DNA from: Parcubacteria group bacterium LiPW_30
Lineage (GTDB): Bacteria; Patescibacteriota; Minisyncoccia; Phycocordibacterales; VMEP01
DNA length: 64,000 nucleotides
NCBI GenBank assembly: GCA_007375595.1
Contig: VMEP01000001.1
Location: 415,184-479,183 of the forward strand
Direction of reading: 5' to 3'
Shown here piece after piece: positions 8,552 through 17,373 of the stretch (position 1 is its first letter; each line of letters begins with the position of its first letter). A program made the position numbers and the translations under genes. The notes under the pieces were generated by a model, which was not told the origin of the DNA, ran no database searches, and worked only from the letters and a program-made list of their open reading frames with translations.

Positions 8552-10670
8552 TGCCTTCCATCATTAGTGAATCGCAGAGCTTACAGATTTTACCTGTTGG
8601 TCTTGCCTTGATAGCGTTTTTACAGCCTGGATAGTCTGAACATGAATAGAAGACACCAAAACGGCCACGGCGTTCAATCATTTCTCCTTTTTTACATGTT
8701 GGACAAGTAACCCCAGTTTTTCCTTTGGCTTCTTCTTCGGCGCTTTTTTTAATGAATTTACACTTTGGATAATTTGCGCAAGCGATAAATTTACCGAAGC
8801 GTCCTTCACGCTCGATTAGCTTTCCTTTTCCGCAAGAAGGACAAATCTCTCCTGTTTCCTTTGGTCCTTCAAGTTCAGTCCCGTCTAATTTTCTTGCGCC
8901 AATACAATCTGGAAATTTTGAACAAGAAAGGAATTTTCCACTTTTACTTAGTTTTATAACCATTAAGCTTCCACACTTTGGACATTTAATGCTTGGGTCA
9001 GCGTCTCCTAGGTTTGTTAATTTGGCGATTTTATCTTTTGACTTTACGTCTTTAGAAAATGGTTTGTAGAAATCACGAAGAGTTTTTTCGTAATCACGTT
9101 TGCCGTCGGCAATATCATCCAACTTATCTTCCATTTCAGCAGTGAAAGAATCACTAATATAGTTTTCAAAATTTTGTTCAAGGAAAGTACTAACAACTTC
9201 GCCAACGTCTGTTCCGCGAAGAGATCGTCCTTCTTTTTCCACATACTCACGCTCAAGGATTGTTTTGATAATCGCCGCGTAAGTTGAAGGGCGACCGATT
9301 CCTCTTTTTTCGAGTTCTTTAATAAGACCAGCTTCTGTGTAGCGATTTGGTGGTTCAGTTTGTTTTTCTTCTTCGTCTATAGAGATGAGCGCTAGTGGTT
9401 CGTCCACCGAAGTTACCGGAAGCTCAACATCATCTTCTCTTGAATCTTTGTCTGCCTCGAGCCACCCCAAGAATAATATTCGGTGTCCCGTTGCAGTGAA
9501 ATCGGGAATATCACCCTTTTTTATGTTTGCTGTTATTTTAGTACGCAACATTACAGCATCTGTCATTTGAGAGGCGACGGTGCGTTGCCATATTAAATGA
9601 TAAAGTTTTTTCTCTGCATCGTTTGAACCACGCTCTTCAAAAGAAGCGTCAGTTGGACGAATTGCCTCGTGCGCCTCTTGGGCGTTTTTGCTTTTTGTTT
9701 TAAATACGCGGGCTGTTACAAATTTTTCTCCAAACCTCTTACCAACCATGGCAATGATTTGGGCTTGAGCTTCCTTTGATAGGTTTGGGCTATCGGTACG
9801 CATGTAGGTGATATAACCAGCTTCATAAAGTCGTTGAGCAAGAGACATCGTTCTTGATGGCGCAAAACCAAGTCTTGAGCTTGCCGCTTGTTGTAATGTC
9901 GATGTTATAAATGGTGGGCGAGGGGAGCGAGATGTTTCAGATTCTTCTAGTTTTTTTACAAACCAATCTCCTTTCTTTCCGGAAGTAAGAATTTTTTTAA
10001 CAACATCTTCATCTCGCGGTTCATCCACACACGTAACAGTAAGAGACGCTTTCTTCTTCGTTTTTACATCGGCTCGTATAACCCAGTATTTTTCTGGCAC
10101 AAATGCGCGGATTTCACGTTCGCGTTCAATTACAATACGCAAAGCAGGTGACTGCACGCGTCCAGCGGAAAGTCCGTAGCGAACCTTTTTCCAAATAAGA
10201 CCAGAAAGGTCGTAGCCGAAAAGTCGGTCTAGTACACGACGCGCTTCCTGCGCTTTTCGTAAATCTGTATCAATGTCACGTGGGTGCTTGAGAGCTTCCT
10301 TTACGGCCGTTTCGGTAATTTCATTAAAAACAATTCTTTTAATAGGGGTTTTCTTTTTTACCGACGACATCAAGATTTCCTTCACGTGCCAAGCAATAGC
10401 TTCTCCTTCACGGTCGGGGTCGGAAGCAAGGATTATTTCAGATGCCTTAGAAGCTTCTTTTTGGAGCTCAGCAACAACCTTTTCTTTGCCCTTAGATATT
10501 TCGTAACGAGGAATAAAACCACCCTCAATATCGATGGCGGTTTTGTTACTTTTTGGCAAATCTCGAACGTGTCCAACGCTCGCCAAAACGGTATAATCCT
10601 TCCCAACATATTTGGAAATTGTTTTTGATTTTGCTGGTGATTCAACTATAAGAAGTTTAGTCATTGACAT
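8481..10670 (-). CDS. topA: DNA topoisomerase I with C-terminal zinc ribbons
   Basis: LIVESPAK, ASDPDREGE, SAGRVQS, ITYMRTDS, AQEAHEAIRPT, GIGRPSTY, repeated CPxC ribbons. Confidence 0.97.
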   Translation of the reverse strand: MSMTKLLIVESPAKSKTISKYVGKDYTVLASVGHVRDLPKSNKTAIDIEGGFIPRYEISKGKEKVVAELQKEASKASEIILASDPDREGEAIAWHVKEILMSSVKKKTPIKRIVFNEITETAVKEALKHPRDIDTDLRKAQEARRVLDRLFGYDLSGLIWKKVRYGLSAGRVQSPALRIVIEREREIRAFVPEKYWVIRADVKTKKKASLTVTCVDEPRDEDVVKKILTSGKKGDWFVKKLEESETSRSPRPPFITSTLQQAASSRLGFAPSRTMSLAQRLYEAGYITYMRTDSPNLSKEAQAQIIAMVGKRFGEKFVTARVFKTKSKNAQEAHEAIRPTDASFEERGSNDAEKKLYHLIWQRTVASQMTDAVMLRTKITANIKKGDIPDFTATGHRILFLGWLEADKDSREDDVELPVTSVDEPLALISIDEEEKQTEPPNRYTEAGLIKELEKRGIGRPSTYAAIIKTILEREYVEKEGRSLRGTDVGEVVSTFLEQNFENYISDSFTAEMEDKLDDIADGKRDYEKTLRDFYKPFSKDVKSKDKIAKLTNLGDADPSIKCPKCGSLMVIKLSKSGKFLSCSKFPDCIGARKLDGTELEGPKETGEICPSCGKGKLIEREGRFGKFIACANYPKCKFIKKSAEEEAKGKTGVTCPTCKKGEMIERRGRFGVFYSCSDYPGCKNAIKARPTGKICKLCDSLMMEGTKTIPERCSNKACPMHNPHKLAK

Positions 10671-10710
10671 AACTTGTACATTATTACATTTATTTTTGCA
10701 AATTTTTGAA

Positions 10711-10804
10711 ATACTTTCGTTTTTAAAAACACGCATATCTGTCTGCTGACAGATTGCTATACTCGCCTCGTCAGGCTCCGTAATGTTTTTAAAAACGAAA
10801 GTAT
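10711..10804 (-). repeat. Structured element copy within perfect 21-bp inverted repeats, upstream of topA
   Basis: atactttcgtttttaaaaaca / tgtttttaaaaacgaaagtat enclosing cgcatatctgtctgctgacagattgctatactcgcctcgtcaggctccgtaa. Confidence 0.88.
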
Positions 10805-10833
10805 GGTGGTAGGAATTAGCCCTTTAAAATTAG

Positions 10834-10870
10834 TAATAAAAAAACTCGCGTGAAGCGAGTTTTTTTATTA
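10834..10870. terminator. Terminator after pilin gene
   Basis: taataaaaaaactcgc-gtgaa-gcgagtttttttatta. Confidence 0.8.
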
Positions 10871-10884
10871 AAGCCTATAAAAAA

Positions 10885-11349
10885 TTATGGCTTATAGTCA
10901 ACAATTAACGTAGGTGTATCGGCACCACTAAAATCAGCGCCGCTACCTGTGCAGGCAGTTCCTGCTGATGCATCGGCATCGCTTGCCAACGAATCATTTG
11001 CTCCTTCAAGTGTAGCTCCTAAGTGGTAGCTATCACATGTTGAACCTGTACCAAGACCTGCATACATGTACGGTGTTGATGTACTTGATGGGTCAACTGG
11101 AACAGCTGCCAAGAAACCACCCGTTACAAGACCTGAAAGGGCTGTAGGGTATTGCTTGTTTGTATCGAAGTAAAGCGTAAGAGCAGTTCGAACACTTCCT
11201 AAGTCACCAACGCGCTTTGCGTCACGGGCTTTGGCTCGAGCTGAGTTTAAGCTTGCCAAGACGATACTCGACAAAATTCCAATAATTGCAATCACGACTA
11301 ATAATTCTACGAGCGTAAAGCCGCTCTCGCTTTTTCTTGTTTTCATCAT
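10885..11349 (-). CDS. Type IV pilin / GspG-like prepilin
   Basis: GFTLVELLVVIAIIGILSSIVLASL N-methylation motif, ARDAKR, VPVDP. Confidence 0.92.
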   Translation of the reverse strand: MMKTRKSESGFTLVELLVVIAIIGILSSIVLASLNSARAKARDAKRVGDLGSVRTALTLYFDTNKQYPTALSGLVTGGFLAAVPVDPSSTSTPYMYAGLGTGSTCDSYHLGATLEGANDSLASDADASAGTACTGSGADFSGADTPTLIVDYKP

Positions 11350-11394
11350 AACTTAATTAGTATAGCAAATAAAAAGAACAATAACGCAAGGTTT

Positions 11395-12261
11395 TTAAGT
11401 TACCCTGTGGATTTCTCCAAATTGTTCTGAAATTAAACCTTTAATTTCAAGGAGAGAAATGATGGTGTTTAGTTGATGAATAGGGAAGTCTACATTTCTC
11501 GCGAGTTCGTCTCGTGATATAGGTTCCCTTAGAATCTCCAATACTTTTCTTTCTTCATTTGAACAATCAAGAAAAGCATTTTCATCCGACATCTTTTTTT
11601 CTACAGAAAATCCAAGGGCAGAAAGTAAATCCGCACTTTTAGTAATTGGTGTGGCGCCCTCGCGGATTAAACGATTTGTCCCGAAAGATGAAAATGAAAA
11701 AATATTTCCTGGAACAGCATAAACCTCACGATTGTAATCAAGAGCAAGTCGTGCGGTGATGAGTGTGCCAGATTTTTCTTCCGCTTCTATAATAAGTGTC
11801 GCTTTTGATACTCCAGCCATCAAACGATTTCTTTGGGGGAATGACCAAGTTGTGGCGCGGAAGTCTGGTTCGTGTTCGGAAATTAGCGCACCACCTGCTT
11901 TAACGATATCTTCAGCGAGTTGCACGTTAGTCGCTGGATATAAAACTTTTCTTGAAATACCAGAACCGGGAAAAGCGATTGTTTGAAGTCCTGATTTAAT
12001 TGCTGCGCGATGTGCAATGGAATCAAGGCCGAGGGCAAGACCAGAAACAATAACAATCGGATAGCCACGAAGCCCTTCAATTAATTTTTCGCATACCTCT
12101 CTTCCGTAAGAAGTATATTTCCTAGAGCCAACTACCGTGAGGAAAGTTTTAGATGAATCTGGAAATAATCCTTCTATAAAAAGATTTTTTGGTGGCTGTG
12201 GAATTTCTAGAATTTGCTTTGGAAATTCTTCTTTTGATAGTTTTCTTATGTTTTGAACCAT
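11395..12261 (-). CDS. dprA: DNA-processing protein DprA
   Basis: VVGSR, IVSGLALGLD, FPQRNRLMAG, SGTLITARLA, C-terminal winged helix LEIKG. Confidence 0.95.
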   Translation of the reverse strand: MVQNIRKLSKEEFPKQILEIPQPPKNLFIEGLFPDSSKTFLTVVGSRKYTSYGREVCEKLIEGLRGYPIVIVSGLALGLDSIAHRAAIKSGLQTIAFPGSGISRKVLYPATNVQLAEDIVKAGGALISEHEPDFRATTWSFPQRNRLMAGVSKATLIIEAEEKSGTLITARLALDYNREVYAVPGNIFSFSSFGTNRLIREGATPITKSADLLSALGFSVEKKMSDENAFLDCSNEERKVLEILREPISRDELARNVDFPIHQLNTIISLLEIKGLISEQFGEIHRVT

Positions 12262-12472
12262 ATTGGTTTAGTAAACAAAAAACAGTCCTTGTATTATAAC
12301 AAGTCATGATTATTTTTTATGTGTATTTCTTTTGTAATGTGTTTTGGGATATACTAAAAGTTAAGAAATAGGGCGTTTTTTTGTTATATAACATAACCCG
12401 CCCAAATTTTTGTTTACAAAAATTTATTTGAGTGGCGGTTTTTATAATCGCTTTACTCCTTAAAAATCAGCC

Positions 12473-13747
12473 ATGCTCGACATAAAATTCATCAAAGAAA
12501 ATCCAGACCTTATTCGTGAAGGTGCTCGCAAAAAACTTATCAATTTTAATGTTGATGATTTGCTCGCGGTTGAAGAAAAGCGCCTCGCAATCCTCCTTTC
12601 AGTAGAGAGCTTGCGCGCGGAGCAAAATCGAGCGAGCGACGAAGTCGCAAAAGGAATTGATCCTGCCGCGAGAGAGCTTTTGGTTTCTGAGATGAAGCTT
12701 TTAAAAGAGCAGTTGAAAATTAAAGAAGACGAACTAAAAGAAATAATGTCTTCTTGGCAATCGTTAATGCTTCAAGTACCAAACGTTCCAGACATGACTG
12801 TTCCCGACGGTTTAAGTGATGAAGATAACGAAGAGGTAAAAAAGTGGGGGAAAATTCCTGAGTTTAGTTTTGTGCCAAAAAACCACATCGACCTTATGCA
12901 ACAAAACGGAATGGTTGATTTTGAGCGCGGAGTTAAGGTCGCAGGCTTTCGTGGATATTTCTTAAAAGGAGACGGCGCGCTTCTTTCTTTTGCTGTCTGG
13001 CAATATGCTCAAAAATTTTTCTTAAGTAAGGGCTTCACTCCAATAATTGCTCCATCACTTGTTCGTAGGGAAGTATTTCTCGGCACTGGATATATTCCAC
13101 AAGGAGAAGAAGATTTGTATAAAACACAAGACGGTGATTTTTTGGCAGGAACTGCGGAAGTCGGAGTTATGGGTTATCACATGGACGAAGTTTTAAATAA
13201 AGAAGAATTCCCTAAAAAATATTTGGGATTTTCACCCTGTTTTAGGCGCGAAGCAGGAAGTCATGGCAAAGATACAAAAGGACTCATTCGTGTTCACGAG
13301 TTTTATAAATGGGAGCAAGTAATTTTGTGTGAAGCAAGCCACGAAGAATCGGTAAAACTGCATGAATGGTTAAATAGAAACACAGAAGAGTTCATCGAGT
13401 CTTTAGGTATCCCATATCACACTGTTGCCAATTGTGGTGGAGATTTAGGTTTAGGTCAGGTTAAAAAATATGATATTGAGCTTTGGGTTCCGGGCGAAAA
13501 TAAATATCGTGAAATCAGCTCCGCCTCATACTTCCATGATTTCCAGACGAGACGCCTCAATATTAAGTATAAAGACAGTGAAGGGAAGCTTCGTTTTGCG
13601 CACTCCTTAAATAGCACTGCTATCCCGACCCCTCGCATTTTAGTTTCAATCGTTGAGAATTTCCAAAATGTAGATGGTTCCATCACAGTTCCAGAAGCAC
13701 TTCGTCCATTTTTTGGAAAAGACACAATAAACAATATTAATAGCTAA
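12473..13747 (+). CDS. serS: Serine--tRNA ligase
   Basis: MLDIKFIKEN, GTAEV, CFRREAGSHGKDTKGLIRVHEF, YREISSAS, DFQTRRL. Confidence 0.97.
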   Translation: MLDIKFIKENPDLIREGARKKLINFNVDDLLAVEEKRLAILLSVESLRAEQNRASDEVAKGIDPAARELLVSEMKLLKEQLKIKEDELKEIMSSWQSLMLQVPNVPDMTVPDGLSDEDNEEVKKWGKIPEFSFVPKNHIDLMQQNGMVDFERGVKVAGFRGYFLKGDGALLSFAVWQYAQKFFLSKGFTPIIAPSLVRREVFLGTGYIPQGEEDLYKTQDGDFLAGTAEVGVMGYHMDEVLNKEEFPKKYLGFSPCFRREAGSHGKDTKGLIRVHEFYKWEQVILCEASHEESVKLHEWLNRNTEEFIESLGIPYHTVANCGGDLGLGQVKKYDIELWVPGENKYREISSASYFHDFQTRRLNIKYKDSEGKLRFAHSLNSTAIPTPRILVSIVENFQNVDGSITVPEALRPFFGKDTINNINS

Positions 13748-13758
13748 TTTCAACTGCC

Positions 13759-14610
13759 ATGGAATTTGGGCGTAAGTTTAAAACAAAAACATCTACCGCC
13801 CGTCTACGCAGGCGGAAAGCATTAATTAAAAAAGCGATCATAGTGTCCGCTATTTCGTTTTTTATATTGATTGTTTTTGTTTTTATAGTAAATCTGTCTT
13901 CTTTGCGAATAGAAAAGACAGTTGTTTTTGGCACAAATATTCTTAAAGAAGATGACGTCCTTGAAGTGGTTAATGTTGGAATTTCTGGAAAATATCTTTT
14001 CCTTATCCCCAAAGACAGCATTTTCTTTTATCCAAAAGAAAGAATTAAAAATGCTTTGTTAAATAAATTTGGAAGAATTGAGGCCGTGTATCCAGCGCTT
14101 GATAATGGAAACGTGTTAGTAGTGTCTATTTCCGAACATTCTCCCAAATATTTATGGTGTGGGAATAAAAAGATAGAGGAGAATCAAGCGAGCGGGAATT
14201 GCTATTTTATGGATAAAACCGGACTAATTTTCGTTAAGTCTCCAGATTTTTCTTCAAACGTATTTTTCACTTTTTACGGACCACTTGCTTCAACGACAGA
14301 ACCAATCGGGGCGAGAATATTTTCAGTCGAAGAATTTGAGAGAGTTGTTTCGTTTAAAGATGCTGTTTCTAGGATGGGTTTTAAATCAAAAGGATTCGCG
14401 GTTTTAAATGATGGAGATTATGAGCTTAACCTTAGCCCCTCTGGAAAAATTCTTTTTAATACAAAAAACGATTTTGCAAAATCACTTGATAATATTCTTT
14501 TAGCTATTACCTCGCTCCCACTTTCCGATGAAATTAAAACAAAACTTGATTCACTTCTATATATAGATGTTCGTTTTGGTAATAAAGTTTTTTATAAGTT
14601 TGAAGATTAG
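13759..14610 (+). CDS. FtsQ/DivIB-like cell division protein
   Basis: Basic N-terminus, single TM, POTRA-like region, C-terminal YIDVRFGNKVFYK. Confidence 0.7.
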   Translation: MEFGRKFKTKTSTARLRRRKALIKKAIIVSAISFFILIVFVFIVNLSSLRIEKTVVFGTNILKEDDVLEVVNVGISGKYLFLIPKDSIFFYPKERIKNALLNKFGRIEAVYPALDNGNVLVVSISEHSPKYLWCGNKKIEENQASGNCYFMDKTGLIFVKSPDFSSNVFFTFYGPLASTTEPIGARIFSVEEFERVVSFKDAVSRMGFKSKGFAVLNDGDYELNLSPSGKILFNTKNDFAKSLDNILLAITSLPLSDEIKTKLDSLLYIDVRFGNKVFYKFED

Positions 14611-14685
14611 TCGAAATTGTCACCCCTTTTAATTTTTATGGGATTGTTGTAGTTTATCGAGAGCACAACTTCTTTGGAGAATTCC

Positions 14686-15159
14686 ATGGGCAATATTGTT
14701 TCTTCTGGTTTCCCGATTCACCTTGCGTATACGCTCTCGGTCGCCATAGTTGAGGCGATGCAGGGCGGGCGCGATTTTGTCGGCAAGAACGACCTAAAGC
14801 GACTCCTTGAGTGGTATCAGGGCGCTGCTTATCCCTATAATGCCACCTTGTTTTCACGGGGCGGCGAAAGCGATGAGGGACAAGCGCTCTATATTTTGAT
14901 GCGACGCGCCCACGTGGAAAACGCCGTGAATGGGGTTCGAAGAAGGTCTTCGCTCTTTGGTCGTGTCATGGCGTTTATCCGTAGGTTTCCACGCGAAACA
15001 TATTCACATCACGATGCCTACTTCGCCCTCAACTTTTTCAATGACCTTGCTTCCGGAATAAGGGAGTACAGAGCTTCGGTTAGGCGGAGAAAGATGTTGG
15101 CGATGGCGCGGGGGAATGTTGTAAGGCTCAAAAACAGGATGGAACAGGCGCGAGTCTAA
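14686..15159 (+). CDS. Hypothetical orphan protein
   Basis: GGAG before ATG at 14686; terminator aaaagggagc...gctcccttttt at ~15177-15204. Confidence 0.6.
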   Translation: MGNIVSSGFPIHLAYTLSVAIVEAMQGGRDFVGKNDLKRLLEWYQGAAYPYNATLFSRGGESDEGQALYILMRRAHVENAVNGVRRRSSLFGRVMAFIRRFPRETYSHHDAYFALNFFNDLASGIREYRASVRRRKMLAMARGNVVRLKNRMEQARV

Positions 15160-15240
15160 AATTCTGTAGATGTATAAAAGGGAGCACCAGTCGCTCCCTT
15201 TTTTAATTTTAAAAAAAGATTTTCAGCTTATGTTAATATC

Positions 15241-16209
15241 GTGGAAATGAAGGGATTTTGGAAAAATTTAAAAAAGCCATTTTTTGTTTTGGCGCCAATG
15301 GCCGATGTCACCGACGCGGCTTTTCGTCAGATTATTGCGAAGTATGGCAAACCTGATGTTTTTTGGACAGAGTTTGTTTCCGCTGATGGGTTGTGTAGCC
15401 CTATTGGTCGAGAGAAACTTTTAATTGATCTTGCTTACACAGAAGAAGAACGACCAATTGTTGCGCAAATTTTTTCGTCTAATCCAGATAATATCCGCGA
15501 GACGGCAAAACTAATTAAAGAGCTGGGTTTTGATGGGCTTGATATAAATATGGGTTGCCCAGATAGAACAATAGAAAAACAAGGCGCGGGAGCTTCTTTG
15601 ATGAAGAATCCAAAACTTGCACAAGAAATAATTCTTGCCGCCAAAGAAGGCGCAGGGGATATGCCAGTGTCTGTTAAAACTCGACTCGGATACAACAAAG
15701 ATATTTTGGAAGAGTGGTTGCCGGCGCTACTTGAAGCTCGCCCCGCGGTTATCACCGTGCACGCACGAAATAGAAAAGAGTTATCTGATTTTCCAGCGCG
15801 CTGGGAGATGGTTAAACGTGCCGTTGAAATTCGCGATGAGTTGAAAAGTGAAACGCTGATTATTGGCAATGGTGATGTTAAAGATATTAAGGACGCCGAA
15901 ATGAAAGTAAAAGAAACTGGCGCCGACGGCGTAATGCTTGGGCGGTCAATTTTTGGTAATCCGTTTCTTTTTAATCGTAAGCAAAAAGAAGTTGATATAA
16001 AAACGAGATTAGAAATTATGGTTGAGCATACAAAACTTTTCGAAGAGCTTTTCAATGGCAAGAAAAATTTTGCAGTAATGAAAAAGCACTATAAAGCATA
16101 TGCTCACGGATTTATCGGCGCTAAAGAGCTTCGAGTAGAACTAATGGAAACAAAAAACGCTAAAGAGGTGGAGGGGATTGTGGAGAAATTTCTAGGTGGT
16201 AGTCTGTAG
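15241..16209 (+). CDS. dus: tRNA-dihydrouridine synthase
   Basis: LAPMADVTD, DINMGCP, VSVKTRLG, TVHAR, IGNGDV, GVMLGR. Confidence 0.93.
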   Translation: MEMKGFWKNLKKPFFVLAPMADVTDAAFRQIIAKYGKPDVFWTEFVSADGLCSPIGREKLLIDLAYTEEERPIVAQIFSSNPDNIRETAKLIKELGFDGLDINMGCPDRTIEKQGAGASLMKNPKLAQEIILAAKEGAGDMPVSVKTRLGYNKDILEEWLPALLEARPAVITVHARNRKELSDFPARWEMVKRAVEIRDELKSETLIIGNGDVKDIKDAEMKVKETGADGVMLGRSIFGNPFLFNRKQKEVDIKTRLEIMVEHTKLFEELFNGKKNFAVMKKHYKAYAHGFIGAKELRVELMETKNAKEVEGIVEKFLGGSL

Positions 16210-16234
16210 AAAGTAAAACGACGGAGGGTTCATT

Positions 16235-16762
16235 ATGAAATCAATTTTGACGCATCTTAATGGCGCGTTACAGCGCCTTGAGGAACGGCCTTATTTAGCC
16301 AATAGTATGTTTCCCGCCGAGATGGATAATTTCTGGAAGGGTGAAAAGCTTTTGTCTGCCGAGATTCAGATTCCTCGCTTAGAAAAATATTTGGAAAGCG
16401 AGGAAGGACAGATAGCCACTAACCTTTTCAAGCAGGTCTGGGAATTGTCCAGTACGATAAATTGGTGTCGACCCGAAAAGGAAGGGTGGTTACACTGGCG
16501 GGTTTTTCTGTATAGGGGTGAGCCACGCAGTGGCCTAAACAGGGCGGAAATAATTTGGTTTGGCGGAAACGGCCTGGAAATGTATTTTGCAGAAAGAGGG
16601 TCGCATAATTACCAAACCAAGCCCACAACTGCGCGCGAACTGGTTACTCGTGTTGCTTTCAATGATAGCAATTGGGACCAGGCTGGTATCTCAAGGCCAG
16701 AGCAAATTGTGCCCTACATCAGACTGAAGACGCTGGACTTGGTTCGTTACCTGAACCGCTAA
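16235..16762 (+). CDS. Hypothetical orphan protein
   Basis: GGAGG SD; downstream hairpin aaacgggg...ccccgtttt. Confidence 0.65.
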   Translation: MKSILTHLNGALQRLEERPYLANSMFPAEMDNFWKGEKLLSAEIQIPRLEKYLESEEGQIATNLFKQVWELSSTINWCRPEKEGWLHWRVFLYRGEPRSGLNRAEIIWFGGNGLEMYFAERGSHNYQTKPTTARELVTRVAFNDSNWDQAGISRPEQIVPYIRLKTLDLVRYLNR

Positions 16763-16896
16763 AGCCAGATGTTCTTGTTGTTCTTGTGGAGAAAAGAAAC
16801 GGGGTTGCGCTAGTCGTACCCCGTTTTGTTTTTTTAATTAGAAAAATAAAAAGGTGTATAAGTCTATATTAGATTAACAATTTTTTTGTTATAATT

Positions 16897-17373
16897 TTGT
16901 TTATGAAAGAAAGGAATCTTTTTCTCGTTACTATAATCATAGTTGTTGGTGTTGTTTTGTTGTTTATATACAAAAAAGATTTAATTGAGAAAATTCAAGT
17001 TTTTAAAAAAGATACAACAGTTACGCAAGAGCCAGTAAGAACAGATTTTGGTTCTAATGTTCCCGCCGATTTTCCGGCAGACATTCCCATCGAAGAGGGG
17101 GTAAAAACCGAGCAGAGCTATAGCCTGAATTATGTCGGACAAAAACAACTGACTATTGTTTTTATTTCAACCAAGACAGTGAAAGAGAATTACGCGTTCT
17201 ACGCCGATTTTCTCGCGAAGCAGGGCTGGAACGTTTCCAATAAATTCGAAAGCCCGAAACTATCCTCTCTGTATGGCACGAAAGAGAGTAATGATATTAA
17301 CGTGACCATCAGCGAAAAGAAGTTAGATGCTTCAGTAAAATCACAAGTAAGTATTAGTTTCTTAAAAAAATGA
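16897..17373 (+). CDS. Membrane-anchored hypothetical protein
   Basis: N-terminal TM, VPADFPADIPI motif; ATGA overlap with the next gene. Confidence 0.7.
   Translation: MFMKERNLFLVTIIIVVGVVLLFIYKKDLIEKIQVFKKDTTVTQEPVRTDFGSNVPADFPADIPIEEGVKTEQSYSLNYVGQKQLTIVFISTKTVKENYAFYADFLAKQGWNVSNKFESPKLSSLYGTKESNDINVTISEKKLDASVKSQVSISFLKK

Noticed and set aside
8190-8634. Plus-strand ORFs 8190-8423 and 8200-8634
   Set aside because: Antisense to relA/topA and spanning the duplicated topA end; no independent coding evidence
2758-10804. Structured elements as hammerhead ribozymes
   Set aside because: One copy has CTGACGAG, but the CUGANGA/GAAA/UH core is not conserved across copies
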